51,123 bases of DNA. Source: Candidatus Micrarchaeota archaeon (GTDB lineage Archaea; Micrarchaeota; Micrarchaeia; Micrarchaeales; CABMGC01). Positions 7,786-16,759 of the stretch are shown piece after piece. The notes under the pieces were generated by a model. That model did not search any database, was not told the origin of the DNA, and saw only the letters and a list, made by a program, of their open reading frames with translations. The stretch lies in the NCBI GenBank assembly GCA_021827925.1, contig JAKATZ010000001.1, forward strand, positions 1-51,123. Direction: 5' to 3'. Made by a program: the position numbers and the translations under genes. Each line of letters starts with the position of its first letter. Positions within the stretch are counted from its first letter, which is position 1.

Positions 7786-8565
7786 TCAATACTTTATGCA
7801 CACGTACAAGCCGTATCCAGTATACTTTGGCATCATCGACCATTTCCTTAAGACGTCAGGAGAAAGATACTCTTTCCTGAATTGGGAATTGCCAAGAAGC
7901 GCGAGACTGTTCCTTATGAGCCCCGCCAGTCCGTACACCTTGATATGGCTTGAGAAATCGGCAAACATGTTGAGCCCGAGAGCCTTTGAGGTAACCTTTC
8001 GGAATCCCGCCCTGAAGAAGAGGGATTTCCAGCCCATGCTCGTGAGTAGCGTAATGTCAATTCCGAGGGACCTCCGGAAATAATTACGAAGGCTTGGCGG
8101 CGGAAGGCGCAGGTACGTGACCTCGTTGTCTAGGAATGCGCCTCCGTGCTTTAAAACGCGGAATGCTTCTGCCGAGGCTGCGCTTGCATCGCACAAAGAC
8201 AGGACGGATTCGGCTATGACAATATCGAAGCTTTCTGATCCCAGGGGAAGCCGCTCTGCATTTGCAGTCATGAACCGTATTTTTCCGCGTAGGCCTGCAC
8301 GAGCCGCGCGTTCCCGCGCCTTCTTTAGGAAAACTTCGCTCTTGTCGATTGCAGTCACATCGGCCCCGTACTTCTTTGCTAGCAGGCATGCAGTGTATCC
8401 GGTGCCGCAGCCTATTTCCAGAATGACAGAACCGTGCTTTATCGGGTAAAGACCAAGGAGCTTTGAAGTAGCATCAACCCCGCCGAAGTGTCTTGTTGCT
8501 CCAAAGACTTCGTAAACCCGTATGGGATTCATTCTTACGGGAGTAGATTTGCCGCTTGGCATCAT
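7786..8565 (-). CDS. Class I SAM-dependent methyltransferase
   Basis: Motif I is VILEIGCGTGY. The post-I acidic motif is VTAIDKS, and SFDIVIAESVL follows. Confidence 0.75.
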   Translation of the reverse strand: MMPSGKSTPVRMNPIRVYEVFGATRHFGGVDATSKLLGLYPIKHGSVILEIGCGTGYTACLLAKKYGADVTAIDKSEVFLKKARERAARAGLRGKIRFMTANAERLPLGSESFDIVIAESVLSLCDASAASAEAFRVLKHGGAFLDNEVTYLRLPPPSLRNYFRRSLGIDITLLTSMGWKSLFFRAGFRKVTSKALGLNMFADFSSHIKVYGLAGLIRNSLALLGNSQFRKEYLSPDVLRKWSMMPKYTGYGLYVCIKY

Positions 8566-9509
8566 CTCTTCCCAGGCAGGAGGCCCATGCGCTTCAGCTC
8601 CTCGCTTACACCGTTGGCGATCTCGACACCGGAATCGTGAATCGCCTTGTCTGTTGAAGCGCCTATGTGCGGAGTGAGCAGCAGATTCCGGTTCTTCTTC
8701 GCATACACGAGAAGTGGATCTTCTCTTGAAGCCGGCTCTTTTGCAAAAACATCGAATGCGGCTCCGGCTATCGCGCCTTCGGAGAGGGCTTTCAGCAAGG
8801 CATCTTCGTCCACTATGCGCTCCCTGGCAGTGTTTATCAGGAGCGCAGTTCTCTTCATGCTTTGCAGCTGTTCGTAGCCGATCATGTTCTCGGTCTCCTT
8901 TGTGAGCATTGCATGTATTGTCACTATATCGGATCTCTCAAGGAGTTCCGGAAGCTGCAGCATCTCTGCAACGCTCTCCTTCACATAAGGGTCGAATGCA
9001 ACCACGTTCATACCGAATGCTTTTCCATAGCCTGCGACCCTGTTGCCTATCTTGCCCATGCCTATGACCCCAAGGGTCTTCCCCTCAAGCTGCATGCCAA
9101 AGAACTTGTAACGCTCCCACTTTCCGCGCCGCATGTTCTCATATGCCCAGGGTATCTTGCGGCATAGGCTCAGCATGAGGGCGAATGCGTGTTCGGCCGT
9201 CGGGACAGTATGCATTCCGTGCAGATTTACTATCCTTATGTCCATTGTTTCCGCCTGTTTTGTATCTATGTGGTTTAGCCCGGTTGTAGCGGAGCCTATG
9301 ACTTTTAGCCTCTTTGCCTTTCTAAGAAGCGAGGAGTCAACTGCGGTTTCTATTCTCACTACAAGCACATCCGTATTCTCTATCTCTTTCTCAAGCTCGG
9401 GGCGCCCCATCCGCTTTGCCTTTACCCTTCCGATGCTCTTCAGTATCCTGAGAGCATCTCCCTCGAAATATTCTGGTTCAGTGACCAGTATGTTTACCAT
9501 TTCATGCAC
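8562..9509 (-). CDS. D-isomer-specific 2-hydroxyacid dehydrogenase (SerA/GyaR-like)
   Basis: The NAD-binding motif is GVIGMGKIGNRVA. The C-terminal motif LLTPHIGAST is present. There is a 4-nt overlap with the downstream methyltransferase gene. Confidence 0.8.
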   Translation of the reverse strand: MHEMVNILVTEPEYFEGDALRILKSIGRVKAKRMGRPELEKEIENTDVLVVRIETAVDSSLLRKAKRLKVIGSATTGLNHIDTKQAETMDIRIVNLHGMHTVPTAEHAFALMLSLCRKIPWAYENMRRGKWERYKFFGMQLEGKTLGVIGMGKIGNRVAGYGKAFGMNVVAFDPYVKESVAEMLQLPELLERSDIVTIHAMLTKETENMIGYEQLQSMKRTALLINTARERIVDEDALLKALSEGAIAGAAFDVFAKEPASREDPLLVYAKKNRNLLLTPHIGASTDKAIHDSGVEIANGVSEELKRMGLLPGKR

Positions 9510-10871
9510 CTACGCTCCGGTGAATCTCTGCTTTCTCGGATCCGTCTCGCGTATTATCTTCGTAACCGAGCTTCTGTTGAAGCCCTTGAATCCCTGGTCT
9601 CTCTCCAGATTTTCCATATGACTGCCTATCGCACCTTCCGCGGAGAATTTGGAGTGCTGCTCCTTTGTTATCAGCGATGCCGAAAGCAGAGCGTCGAGCC
9701 TTTTGCCATCCACCTTCCATCGTTCGCCCTGCGTGAATGCCTGCTTCAGGAAGTCGAAGTATGAGAACGGAGGCATTACCTTCAGGCCGTATGCCTGAAG
9801 ATCCGCGCTGAGCTTATCGTGGTCGAACCTCGCCTCTAGGTGGTGCATGCCAGCCTGGAGTATACTCTCGCCGTGCAGTCCTACCCAGAGACCTACTGTT
9901 CCAAGCTCTCCCCTTGGCCGGAGTCCCTTGTGAGAAAAATCCATTCTGGTCTCTTCAGGCCAGAGATCGACATCGGTGAAGACGACTATGCCGCATTCTC
10001 TGTGCTCGAGTATCTGCGCGCCCCAGCCTGCCTTCTCTCCGGCATAATATTTCTCCCTGCAAGCGTACCCAAGCTTCTCGAATATGCCTATCATCCTTGA
10101 GAAGTTCTTCCGTGAGGAGCGATAGGTGTGATGGTCATGATTTCCCCAGCCCAGGCCGAGCCTGTCCTGCCTTGCTTTCTGGGTCTGTCCTGCCCTGTTC
10201 CTCCGTTGCCAGTAGGCGCGTTCGGCTCGGAAGAATGCATCCGATGCACGCGCGCCGCCGATCCTGCGTGCCGATTCGGAGACAAGGACCCCTGTTTCTT
10301 CCATGCCCTCTTCATCGCTTTCGAAAAGACGCCGCCTTCCGAAGAATGCGCCCATTATTGAAAGGTATTCATCGCGATCGTCAGACTCTTTTATCAGATA
10401 GCCGCCGTAGCCTCGCCTCTCCACTGCGGATAGAATGGTGCTGCCTTCCTTGCTTATTATCGCCTTCCTCAGACGCGAGAACGGTTCGCCGATGATCTCT
10501 GGGCCTGTGCCTATAGCCTGCGCAAAATCCTCTATGCTCTCGGGCTTTAGGGCTATCTCTGTGGAACCGCCTCTGCGCAGCAGGAAAGGAAAGAGGTAGG
10601 ATTGGCTGTGCCTGAAGACGCGTACGCCTTTCACCGCATCGTTCTGACTTTCTTCCGCAAGGCCAATTGAGGAGAGCTTTGCAGCTGAGGCGGCAGTGGC
10701 AGGGATCGCGATATGATCTATCCAGTCGGTGAAACGCGTAGAGGTTTCTTCGAGCATGCGTGTGGAAAGGTCCCTTGCGAATTCGTTCTTAGTTAGGAAA
10801 GATGATACCTGCTCCTTGACAAACTCTTCCAGCCGCGGATACAGGCCCCATTCGAATTTGCCTTCGGCCAT
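9510..10871 (-). CDS. Conserved-looking hypothetical protein (453 aa) with His-rich, metalloenzyme-like motifs
   Basis: This is a long clean ORF abutting the dehydrogenase gene. Its motifs are WIDHIAIP, GWGNHDHHTYR, GAQILEH, GMHHLEARFD and GSHMENLE. I cannot assign a family confidently. Confidence 0.5.
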   Translation of the reverse strand: MAEGKFEWGLYPRLEEFVKEQVSSFLTKNEFARDLSTRMLEETSTRFTDWIDHIAIPATAASAAKLSSIGLAEESQNDAVKGVRVFRHSQSYLFPFLLRRGGSTEIALKPESIEDFAQAIGTGPEIIGEPFSRLRKAIISKEGSTILSAVERRGYGGYLIKESDDRDEYLSIMGAFFGRRRLFESDEEGMEETGVLVSESARRIGGARASDAFFRAERAYWQRRNRAGQTQKARQDRLGLGWGNHDHHTYRSSRKNFSRMIGIFEKLGYACREKYYAGEKAGWGAQILEHRECGIVVFTDVDLWPEETRMDFSHKGLRPRGELGTVGLWVGLHGESILQAGMHHLEARFDHDKLSADLQAYGLKVMPPFSYFDFLKQAFTQGERWKVDGKRLDALLSASLITKEQHSKFSAEGAIGSHMENLERDQGFKGFNRSSVTKIIRETDPRKQRFTGA

Positions 10872-11319
10872 TGGATCAGCGATTAGAAGGTCGCACTATG
10901 AATTTATAATGCTTTTTGGGTGCTTTTAGCCAAAGCGCATATTCGCCATTATCCCTGAATGATACTGTCCCTGCAAGATATCCTATAATAATATTCAATA
11001 ATTTCGGAATAGCGCCATCGTACGTTTGGAGTACAAACCAATCCAGGGTGGTATACAAGAATTCCGACTTTTCTATCTTTTTGCCAAAGGGCGCCGCATG
11101 CGTTGAAGGTTTAGGAAATGTTCCCTTCTCCTTGTTGCTGCTTAGGCCTTCAGAAAAGGCTGAACATTGGGAGGTGTAGAAGTTCTGCAAATTCCTTAGA
11201 GTATCTGCGGCTTTTGTTGGCTTGTGGGATTTCTATCACCATTGCAAAAGCTGAAAAGAACTTGAGAGGGCAATGGTGCCGATATGAAACCCTTCGTAGC
11301 AAATTTGCCTTAAAGTACT

Positions 11320-11940
11320 TCAAGTTTTATTTATATTGGATATTTGGTATGCTATAAGTTGCTTGACCTGGCTTGGTTTGAGCGTGAAGTTTGATGAACC
11401 TAAAGTAGCATTACCAGAGGTATCTATAGAAAAAATGTAGTAGCCGTCAATTGCAGTTATAACAGTTTGATTCTCAACATAATAGGGTTGGTCACCAGAG
11501 AAGCTAGCATTGAAAACAAGATATCTTACATTCCCCAAGGTTCCGTTGTATTCGTTCTGTACCTTTACATAATTAGGCAATGAATTTGCAGTAATGTCAT
11601 TATACGAGTTATTTTCTTGAGTTATGTTTCTATAATGGGTTAGAAAAACAAATAACTGTTCATCATGAGATGCCATGCCGGTACTTGTTAATCCTTCATT
11701 AATCATACTTATTATTGAAGCGTTTGATAATAGTAGAGTAGGTTGAGTAAGAAGAGTCCAATTGCCACCTAGAACACTTTCTGCTTGACTAACAGTTAGC
11801 AGATTATAACTAGTACTTAGAGTATTAGAGATAGAGTTTGCATAAGTTCGATTTGGGATTACCGTTTGTACAAATACTGACACAATAATGGCAACTAAAA
11901 TTATCGCCATTATAATGATAGCTAAGTGCTTCCCATTCAT
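11320..11940 (-). CDS. N-terminally anchored or secreted protein rich in N-x-S/T sequons
   Basis: The N-terminal TM helix is LAIIIMAIILVAIIVSVFV. There are about 10 N-x-S/T sequons. The gene lies in a local AT-rich stretch. Confidence 0.5.
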   Translation of the reverse strand: MNGKHLAIIIMAIILVAIIVSVFVQTVIPNRTYANSISNTLSTSYNLLTVSQAESVLGGNWTLLTQPTLLLSNASIISMINEGLTSTGMASHDEQLFVFLTHYRNITQENNSYNDITANSLPNYVKVQNEYNGTLGNVRYLVFNASFSGDQPYYVENQTVITAIDGYYIFSIDTSGNATLGSSNFTLKPSQVKQLIAYQISNINKT

Positions 11941-12059
11941 AGAGGTAAATCTAAGTCAAAGATTAATAAACAGTGCGTTCTTGATTAGTAGTCGGTGTGC
12001 TTTGAGATGAAGGCCACGATCTCGTTGCCTGGGCCTTCTCTGTCTTCAAGGCCAATTCC

Positions 12060-12290
12060 TTAGTTTCTAGGCCTAGGGAGTTGATGTTGGCTCTCAGCTT
12101 CTCCTATTCTAAGCCCAAGCTGCGCTTGGTAGCTGAATAACATGCGAAACTTGCCAGAGGCTATTGCATGAAAGAACCTTTGAAGCTGTGAGTAGGAAAA
12201 CGCCTTGAGATTGAGCTCGCCATGTACTACAAAGTAGCCGTAGCCCGCCGTCCGAACGTAGCGCAGCACGCCAGAACCTGCCCAGAGCAT
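12060..12290 (-). pseudogene. Remnant of a tyrosine integrase related to the 4726-5625 gene; the catalytic C-terminal domain is missing
   Basis: GELNLKAFSYSQLQRFFHAIASGKFRMLFSYQAQLGLRIGEA aligns with GSLNKGFTEQEVQAFFKVIENDKFRLLFGYQAQLGLRIGEA of the intact integrase. Similarity is also visible at the nucleotide level. The ORF ends shortly after the first catalytic Arg. Confidence 0.7.
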
Positions 12291-12385
12291 GTGAAGGGCA
12301 TGGGGCGGCGAAGGCTTACTAAAGACCTCAACTTAAGAGGTTTCGCTATTCTTTAATGGTAAGACGCCCTCTTAAGTATTGATTG

Positions 12386-15300
12386 TCACTTCCAGTATTC
12401 GCCCATCTCCTCGAAGGTGAATCTTGAGTTCAGCTGCGATGCGAGCATCGCGCCGAGCCTCCCGTTCAGCACGAGTGGCACATTCATCTCTGCTGCTCTC
12501 CGTCGCAGGTTGTAGTCGATATCAATCATTGCGCCGTCAGTGACAACAAGGTCTATCTTCTTTGACCTGAGCATCGAATCGGCCTTGCTTTGGCTTATCT
12601 GCGGCAGATTGCCTATTGACGCGCCTTCGAGCGTATTGACAGCTAGCGTCTTGGAAAAGTCAGATGCCGCTTCCCCGAGGTATGCGGCATTCGAAATCCC
12701 GTATACTAGCACGCTCTTCGCGGGCAGCTTGTTCGGTTGAACGCCGAGCCAACTCTTGACAAGAGCATCTCCAAAGCTCCTTCCGAATGCGGCGCTCTCG
12801 CCGGTGCTCCTCATCTCGGGCCCCAGATGCGGGTACACTCCCTTCACCTGATTCCAAGCAAACTGCGGGGATTTTACAGCGAATGACGCATGATCTGGCT
12901 CCCTGAAGCCGTTCCATTCGTATTTGCCGGTTATTCCTCGAACAGCGTGCTCTATCAGGTTTATCCCCACCGATTTTGAGCTGAAAGGCATGGATCTGCT
13001 CGCCCTTATGTTCGCCTCTATTACGGAAGGCGTTCCGTTTTCTATGACGAACTGTATGTTGAAGGGACCCCTCAGGGAGAGCTCGCTTGCGATGATTAGC
13101 GATATTTCCTTCATCCTATCGGCAGATGCTTTGGAATGGCCGAAGGGAGTCACCAGGGTAGAGTCTCCGCTATGAACCCCTGCTTCTTCCACATGATGCA
13201 TGAGTATCCCGAGAACGTTCTCGGAGTCGCTTGCACAGTCCATCTCGGCCTCCACGCCTTCCCGAACATACCGCGAAACCGTGACAGGGAAATCAGGGGA
13301 AAGAGACACCGACCTGTTTATGTAAGCATCGAGTTCTTCCCAGTCGTTCGCTATCTTCATCGAGGATCCGCTGAGGACATGGCTCGGTCGTATAAGCACG
13401 GGGAAACCTACCCCCTTGACGAACTCCTTGATCCCGTCGCGCGACGATGCGCTGCTCCATTCGGGCTGCCGGATGCCAAGACGCTCGAGGAGATGCGAGA
13501 AGCTCTCCCTGTTTTCTGCGATCTCCACACTTGACGACGAAGGTCCGAATATCCTTACGCCTTTCTTCTCCAGCAGGTGCGCAAGGTTGTTCCCGATCTG
13601 CCCTGCCGCAAAGGCAGCGACGCTGCCGAAGTTGCCCTTCGAGCATATCCCCAGTATCGTCTCTTCGGTGAGCTCATCGAAGTAAAGCCCGCTCACCGTG
13701 TCCCAATCGGTAGATACGGTTTCGGGGTTGCAATTCAGAAGTGATACCGAGTCGAAGCTTTTTGACGCGCTATCCAGCAGCGAGATGGCACTCCAGTCGA
13801 ACTCGACCGATACACCGATGCGGAATACGCCGGCGCCGAGAACGAGGAGATTGTTTCCTTTGCGCCTGGCAACATCATCCTCCTGTGCATCGTGGGTGGT
13901 ATAAAGATAGTTTGTGCTCGCTGGCCATTCGCCTGCAAGTGTGTCCATCTGCTTCACGAATTTCGCTGCGGAGGTTCTTACGCCAAGCTGCGCGTCAGAG
14001 AATCCGAGCCTTTTCATACTTTCTGCGAAGGCCAGATCGCCAGAATTTGCATTGTGTAGTTCATACAGCCGGACTATGCGCTCCAGCTTGCCTATGAAGA
14101 ATGGATCTATAAGCGTTGTTTTGCAAACCTCGCCTATTGAAGCGCCCTCCCTGAGAGCTTTTGCTGCGTAAAGGAACCAGTAGGGTTTCCTCTCTTCGAG
14201 CATGCGTAGCGCTTCTCTCTTTGATAACTCGGCATTGTAAACCTTGCCGCCGACTATCCCGGGCTCGCCAATGTCAAGCATCCTCACCGCCTTCTGCATT
14301 GCTTCTTCGAGATTCCTGCCTATGCCCATGACCTCGCCTATGCTCTTCATCTCGGTGCCGAGCCGCTCTGTTGCATTCTCGAACTTCTCCATGTTCCATC
14401 TGGGCATCTTTACAGTGATGTAATCGAGGCTGGGCTCGAAGCAGGCAGTCGTGGCTTTTGAAACACTGTTTGCTATCTCGTATAGCCTGTGCCCTAGGGC
14501 GAGCTTTGCACTCACGTATGCGAGGGGATAGCCGGTGGCTTTGCTGGCCAGGGCGCTTGAACGTGACATCCGGGGGTTTGTCTCTATCACGTAGAAACGG
14601 TAGCTCTTCGGATCTAGAGCAAACTGTACATTACACTCCCCGACAAGGCCTATCTCCTCTGCAACGCGTATGGCGATGCTCCTCATTGCCTGGTAGGAGG
14701 TGTTGTCAAGAGTCTGCGCGGGAGTTACCGCAACAGACTCTCCGGTGTGTATCCCCATCGGGTCAAGGTTTTCGATGCATGCGGTGACTGCACAATTACC
14801 GCCGGAATCCCTTACGACCTCATACTCTATCTCTTTCCATCCTTCCAGGTATTCCTCCACTGAGACCTCGCCTATTGCACTCTGTGCGAACGTCTTGTCA
14901 AGGACCGAATCCAGCTCTTCTTCAGAATAAACCACTTCGGAGCCGCGGCCGCCCAGGTTGAAGCTGGCCCTCACTATCAATGGGTATTCCATTTGTCTAG
15001 AGCTGATAACAGCATCGTCCCTGCTCTTTGAGGTGATGCTTCTCGGCGTTTCTATTCCGACCGAGTGCATTGCGTCCTTGAACTCCTTCCTGCTGAGGGC
15101 TTTCTTTATGCCGATGATTCCGGTGCCAAGCACCGATACCCCATGGGTTTCCAGTATCCCCTTGTCATGAAGCTCCGTGCCTACAGTGAGCGCCGTCTGC
15201 CCCCCGAAGCCCATCAGTATGCCATCGGGCTTCTCTGCCTCGATTATCCTCTCCAGCACTTCGCACGTTATTGGAAGCAGATACACTCTGTCAGCCATCC

Positions 15301-15463
15301 TGTAGCTTGTCTGCACTGTTGCTATATTTGGATTCACAAGCACGCTCGTTATCCCTTCTTCGCGGAGAGCCTTGAGTGCCTGGCTGCCGCTGTAGTCGAA
15401 CTCCGCCGCCTCGGCTATCTTTATCGGACCTGAACCTATTACGATTACCTTATTTGGCTTCAA
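12386..15463 (-). CDS. carB: Carbamoyl-phosphate synthase large subunit
   Basis: The protein is 1025 aa with two ATP-grasp halves. The N-terminus KVIVIGSGPIKIAEAAEFDYSGSQA is typical, and IETNPRMSRSSALASKATGYPLA is present. It overlaps carA by 14 nt. Confidence 0.95.
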   Translation of the reverse strand: MKPNKVIVIGSGPIKIAEAAEFDYSGSQALKALREEGITSVLVNPNIATVQTSYRMADRVYLLPITCEVLERIIEAEKPDGILMGFGGQTALTVGTELHDKGILETHGVSVLGTGIIGIKKALSRKEFKDAMHSVGIETPRSITSKSRDDAVISSRQMEYPLIVRASFNLGGRGSEVVYSEEELDSVLDKTFAQSAIGEVSVEEYLEGWKEIEYEVVRDSGGNCAVTACIENLDPMGIHTGESVAVTPAQTLDNTSYQAMRSIAIRVAEEIGLVGECNVQFALDPKSYRFYVIETNPRMSRSSALASKATGYPLAYVSAKLALGHRLYEIANSVSKATTACFEPSLDYITVKMPRWNMEKFENATERLGTEMKSIGEVMGIGRNLEEAMQKAVRMLDIGEPGIVGGKVYNAELSKREALRMLEERKPYWFLYAAKALREGASIGEVCKTTLIDPFFIGKLERIVRLYELHNANSGDLAFAESMKRLGFSDAQLGVRTSAAKFVKQMDTLAGEWPASTNYLYTTHDAQEDDVARRKGNNLLVLGAGVFRIGVSVEFDWSAISLLDSASKSFDSVSLLNCNPETVSTDWDTVSGLYFDELTEETILGICSKGNFGSVAAFAAGQIGNNLAHLLEKKGVRIFGPSSSSVEIAENRESFSHLLERLGIRQPEWSSASSRDGIKEFVKGVGFPVLIRPSHVLSGSSMKIANDWEELDAYINRSVSLSPDFPVTVSRYVREGVEAEMDCASDSENVLGILMHHVEEAGVHSGDSTLVTPFGHSKASADRMKEISLIIASELSLRGPFNIQFVIENGTPSVIEANIRASRSMPFSSKSVGINLIEHAVRGITGKYEWNGFREPDHASFAVKSPQFAWNQVKGVYPHLGPEMRSTGESAAFGRSFGDALVKSWLGVQPNKLPAKSVLVYGISNAAYLGEAASDFSKTLAVNTLEGASIGNLPQISQSKADSMLRSKKIDLVVTDGAMIDIDYNLRRRAAEMNVPLVLNGRLGAMLASQLNSRFTFEEMGEYWK

Positions 15464-16586
15464 GGCGCATCATCCGCTCAAAATGCTTGAATATGAATTC
15501 CGCATCGGCCGTGCCAGGGCCTGATTCAGGATGGAACTGTACCGAGAGAAGGTTCTTGCCCCGGATGCCCTCCACCACATTGTCATCCGGACTAATGAAC
15601 CATCTTTCAATGTCTTCAGGGACATCTTCGGCGTAGGCAGCATAGCCGTGATTATGCGTTGTGATGTATGATCTTCCGCTTGATGTGTCGACAACTGCTT
15701 TGTTTATCGCCCTGTGGCCAGAGCGCATCTTCCTTATCCTTCCCCCCATTGAGAGCACTGTTAGCTGATGGCCCAGGCATATGCTTAGAGTAGGTATGCC
15801 GTTCTCCAATACTTTCCCCAATGTTTTCGCGCTTTCGGAAAGAAGATTAGGGTTTCCGGGACCGTTGCTGTACACTATGCCGGCGGGAGAGAATGAGAGT
15901 ATCTGCTTTTCTGTGTAATTGTACGGCACTCGGATAATGTTGTACCCAAGCCTGGAAACTGAGCGCAGTATCCCATGCTTGACGCCAAAATCCACTATCA
16001 CTATATTGTTCCTGCTGCCGAAATCGTGAACCACATGCTCGCGTGGAGAGACTGATTCCGCGAAGTTTATAGAATCGTATCTGTAAGCGCTTGTTGACTT
16101 GGAGCCTTTGCCAGGAATGATGGCACAGCTTGAAGCCCCGAGATTGCGTATCCGCTTGATTAAACTGCGTGTGTCGACGCCGGAGATGCCAGGTATGCCG
16201 TTCTCCTTCAGCCAGCTGTCCAGCGTCTTTGCGCTGTTCCACCCGGATCCAGAAGTAAGCTCGCTCACGACAAGGCCGGACACTTTAATGCCTTCCGATT
16301 CCATGTTCTGCACAATCCCGTTGCGCGAGGTTATCTCAGGCACGCCGTAGTTGCCTACAAGTGGATGGGATATCACGAGCACCTGCCCCTTGTAGGAAGG
16401 ATCGGTGAGGCTCTCGGGATAGCCGTTCATTGCTGTGGTGAATACAAGCTCGCCTTCTGCATGCACGTCTGCGCCGAAGCCTATGCCGCCCATTAGGGTG
16501 CCATCATCCAGCACCAAAGAGGATTTGTACCCGATTGGTTCATGCAGTCCGGAGAGAAGGCTTTCCTTTGAAGCGAGAACACGCAT
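15450..16586 (-). CDS. carA: Carbamoyl-phosphate synthase small (glutamine amidotransferase) subunit
   Basis: The TDPSYKGQ motif is present. The GATase catalytic Cys context is LSICLGHQL. The HNHGY and QFHPE motifs are also present. Confidence 0.93.
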   Translation of the reverse strand: MRVLASKESLLSGLHEPIGYKSSLVLDDGTLMGGIGFGADVHAEGELVFTTAMNGYPESLTDPSYKGQVLVISHPLVGNYGVPEITSRNGIVQNMESEGIKVSGLVVSELTSGSGWNSAKTLDSWLKENGIPGISGVDTRSLIKRIRNLGASSCAIIPGKGSKSTSAYRYDSINFAESVSPREHVVHDFGSRNNIVIVDFGVKHGILRSVSRLGYNIIRVPYNYTEKQILSFSPAGIVYSNGPGNPNLLSESAKTLGKVLENGIPTLSICLGHQLTVLSMGGRIRKMRSGHRAINKAVVDTSSGRSYITTHNHGYAAYAEDVPEDIERWFISPDDNVVEGIRGKNLLSVQFHPESGPGTADAEFIFKHFERMMRLEAK

Positions 16587-16759
16587 CCAATCAAAATTAG
16601 TATCTGCTATTCAATGATTAAAAAGGTTCGTGCGGGATTGCTCCGGAACATGCACGTAATGGTGGGCGTAGCTATTGTTTAATATCCTTTGGATTTCAAT
16701 TCTTATCACCCTTTTGTTCCGATCTGCTTTGTGCTGAAGGAGTTTGTTCCGGTGATGCG

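Noticed and set aside
10876-11190. 104-aa minus-strand ORF with IIGYLAGTVSFRDNGEYAL, reminiscent of a LAGLIDADG homing-endonuclease motif
   Set aside because: The acidic DGDG core is missing. Only one motif is present and the ORF is short. I cannot support it beyond a vague resemblance, and at most it is a decayed remnant.
12330-12378. tRNA-like stretch downstream of carB sharing a 14-nt identity (AATGGTAAGACGCC) with the D-arm region of tRNA-Val at 23407
   Set aside because: No D-stem or anticodon-stem pairing can be drawn. The segment CCCTC-TTAAGTA is not followed by GAGGG, and there is no T-arm or acceptor partner. It is not a tRNA, though it might be a fragment.
12540-16617. Numerous 60-130-aa ORFs on both strands inside carB and carA
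   Set aside because: All are nested in or antisense to two strongly supported long genes. These are typical shadow ORFs of GC-balanced coding DNA. The same reasoning applies to nested ORFs inside mat, the dehydrogenases, the P-type ATPase, MoxR and the others.
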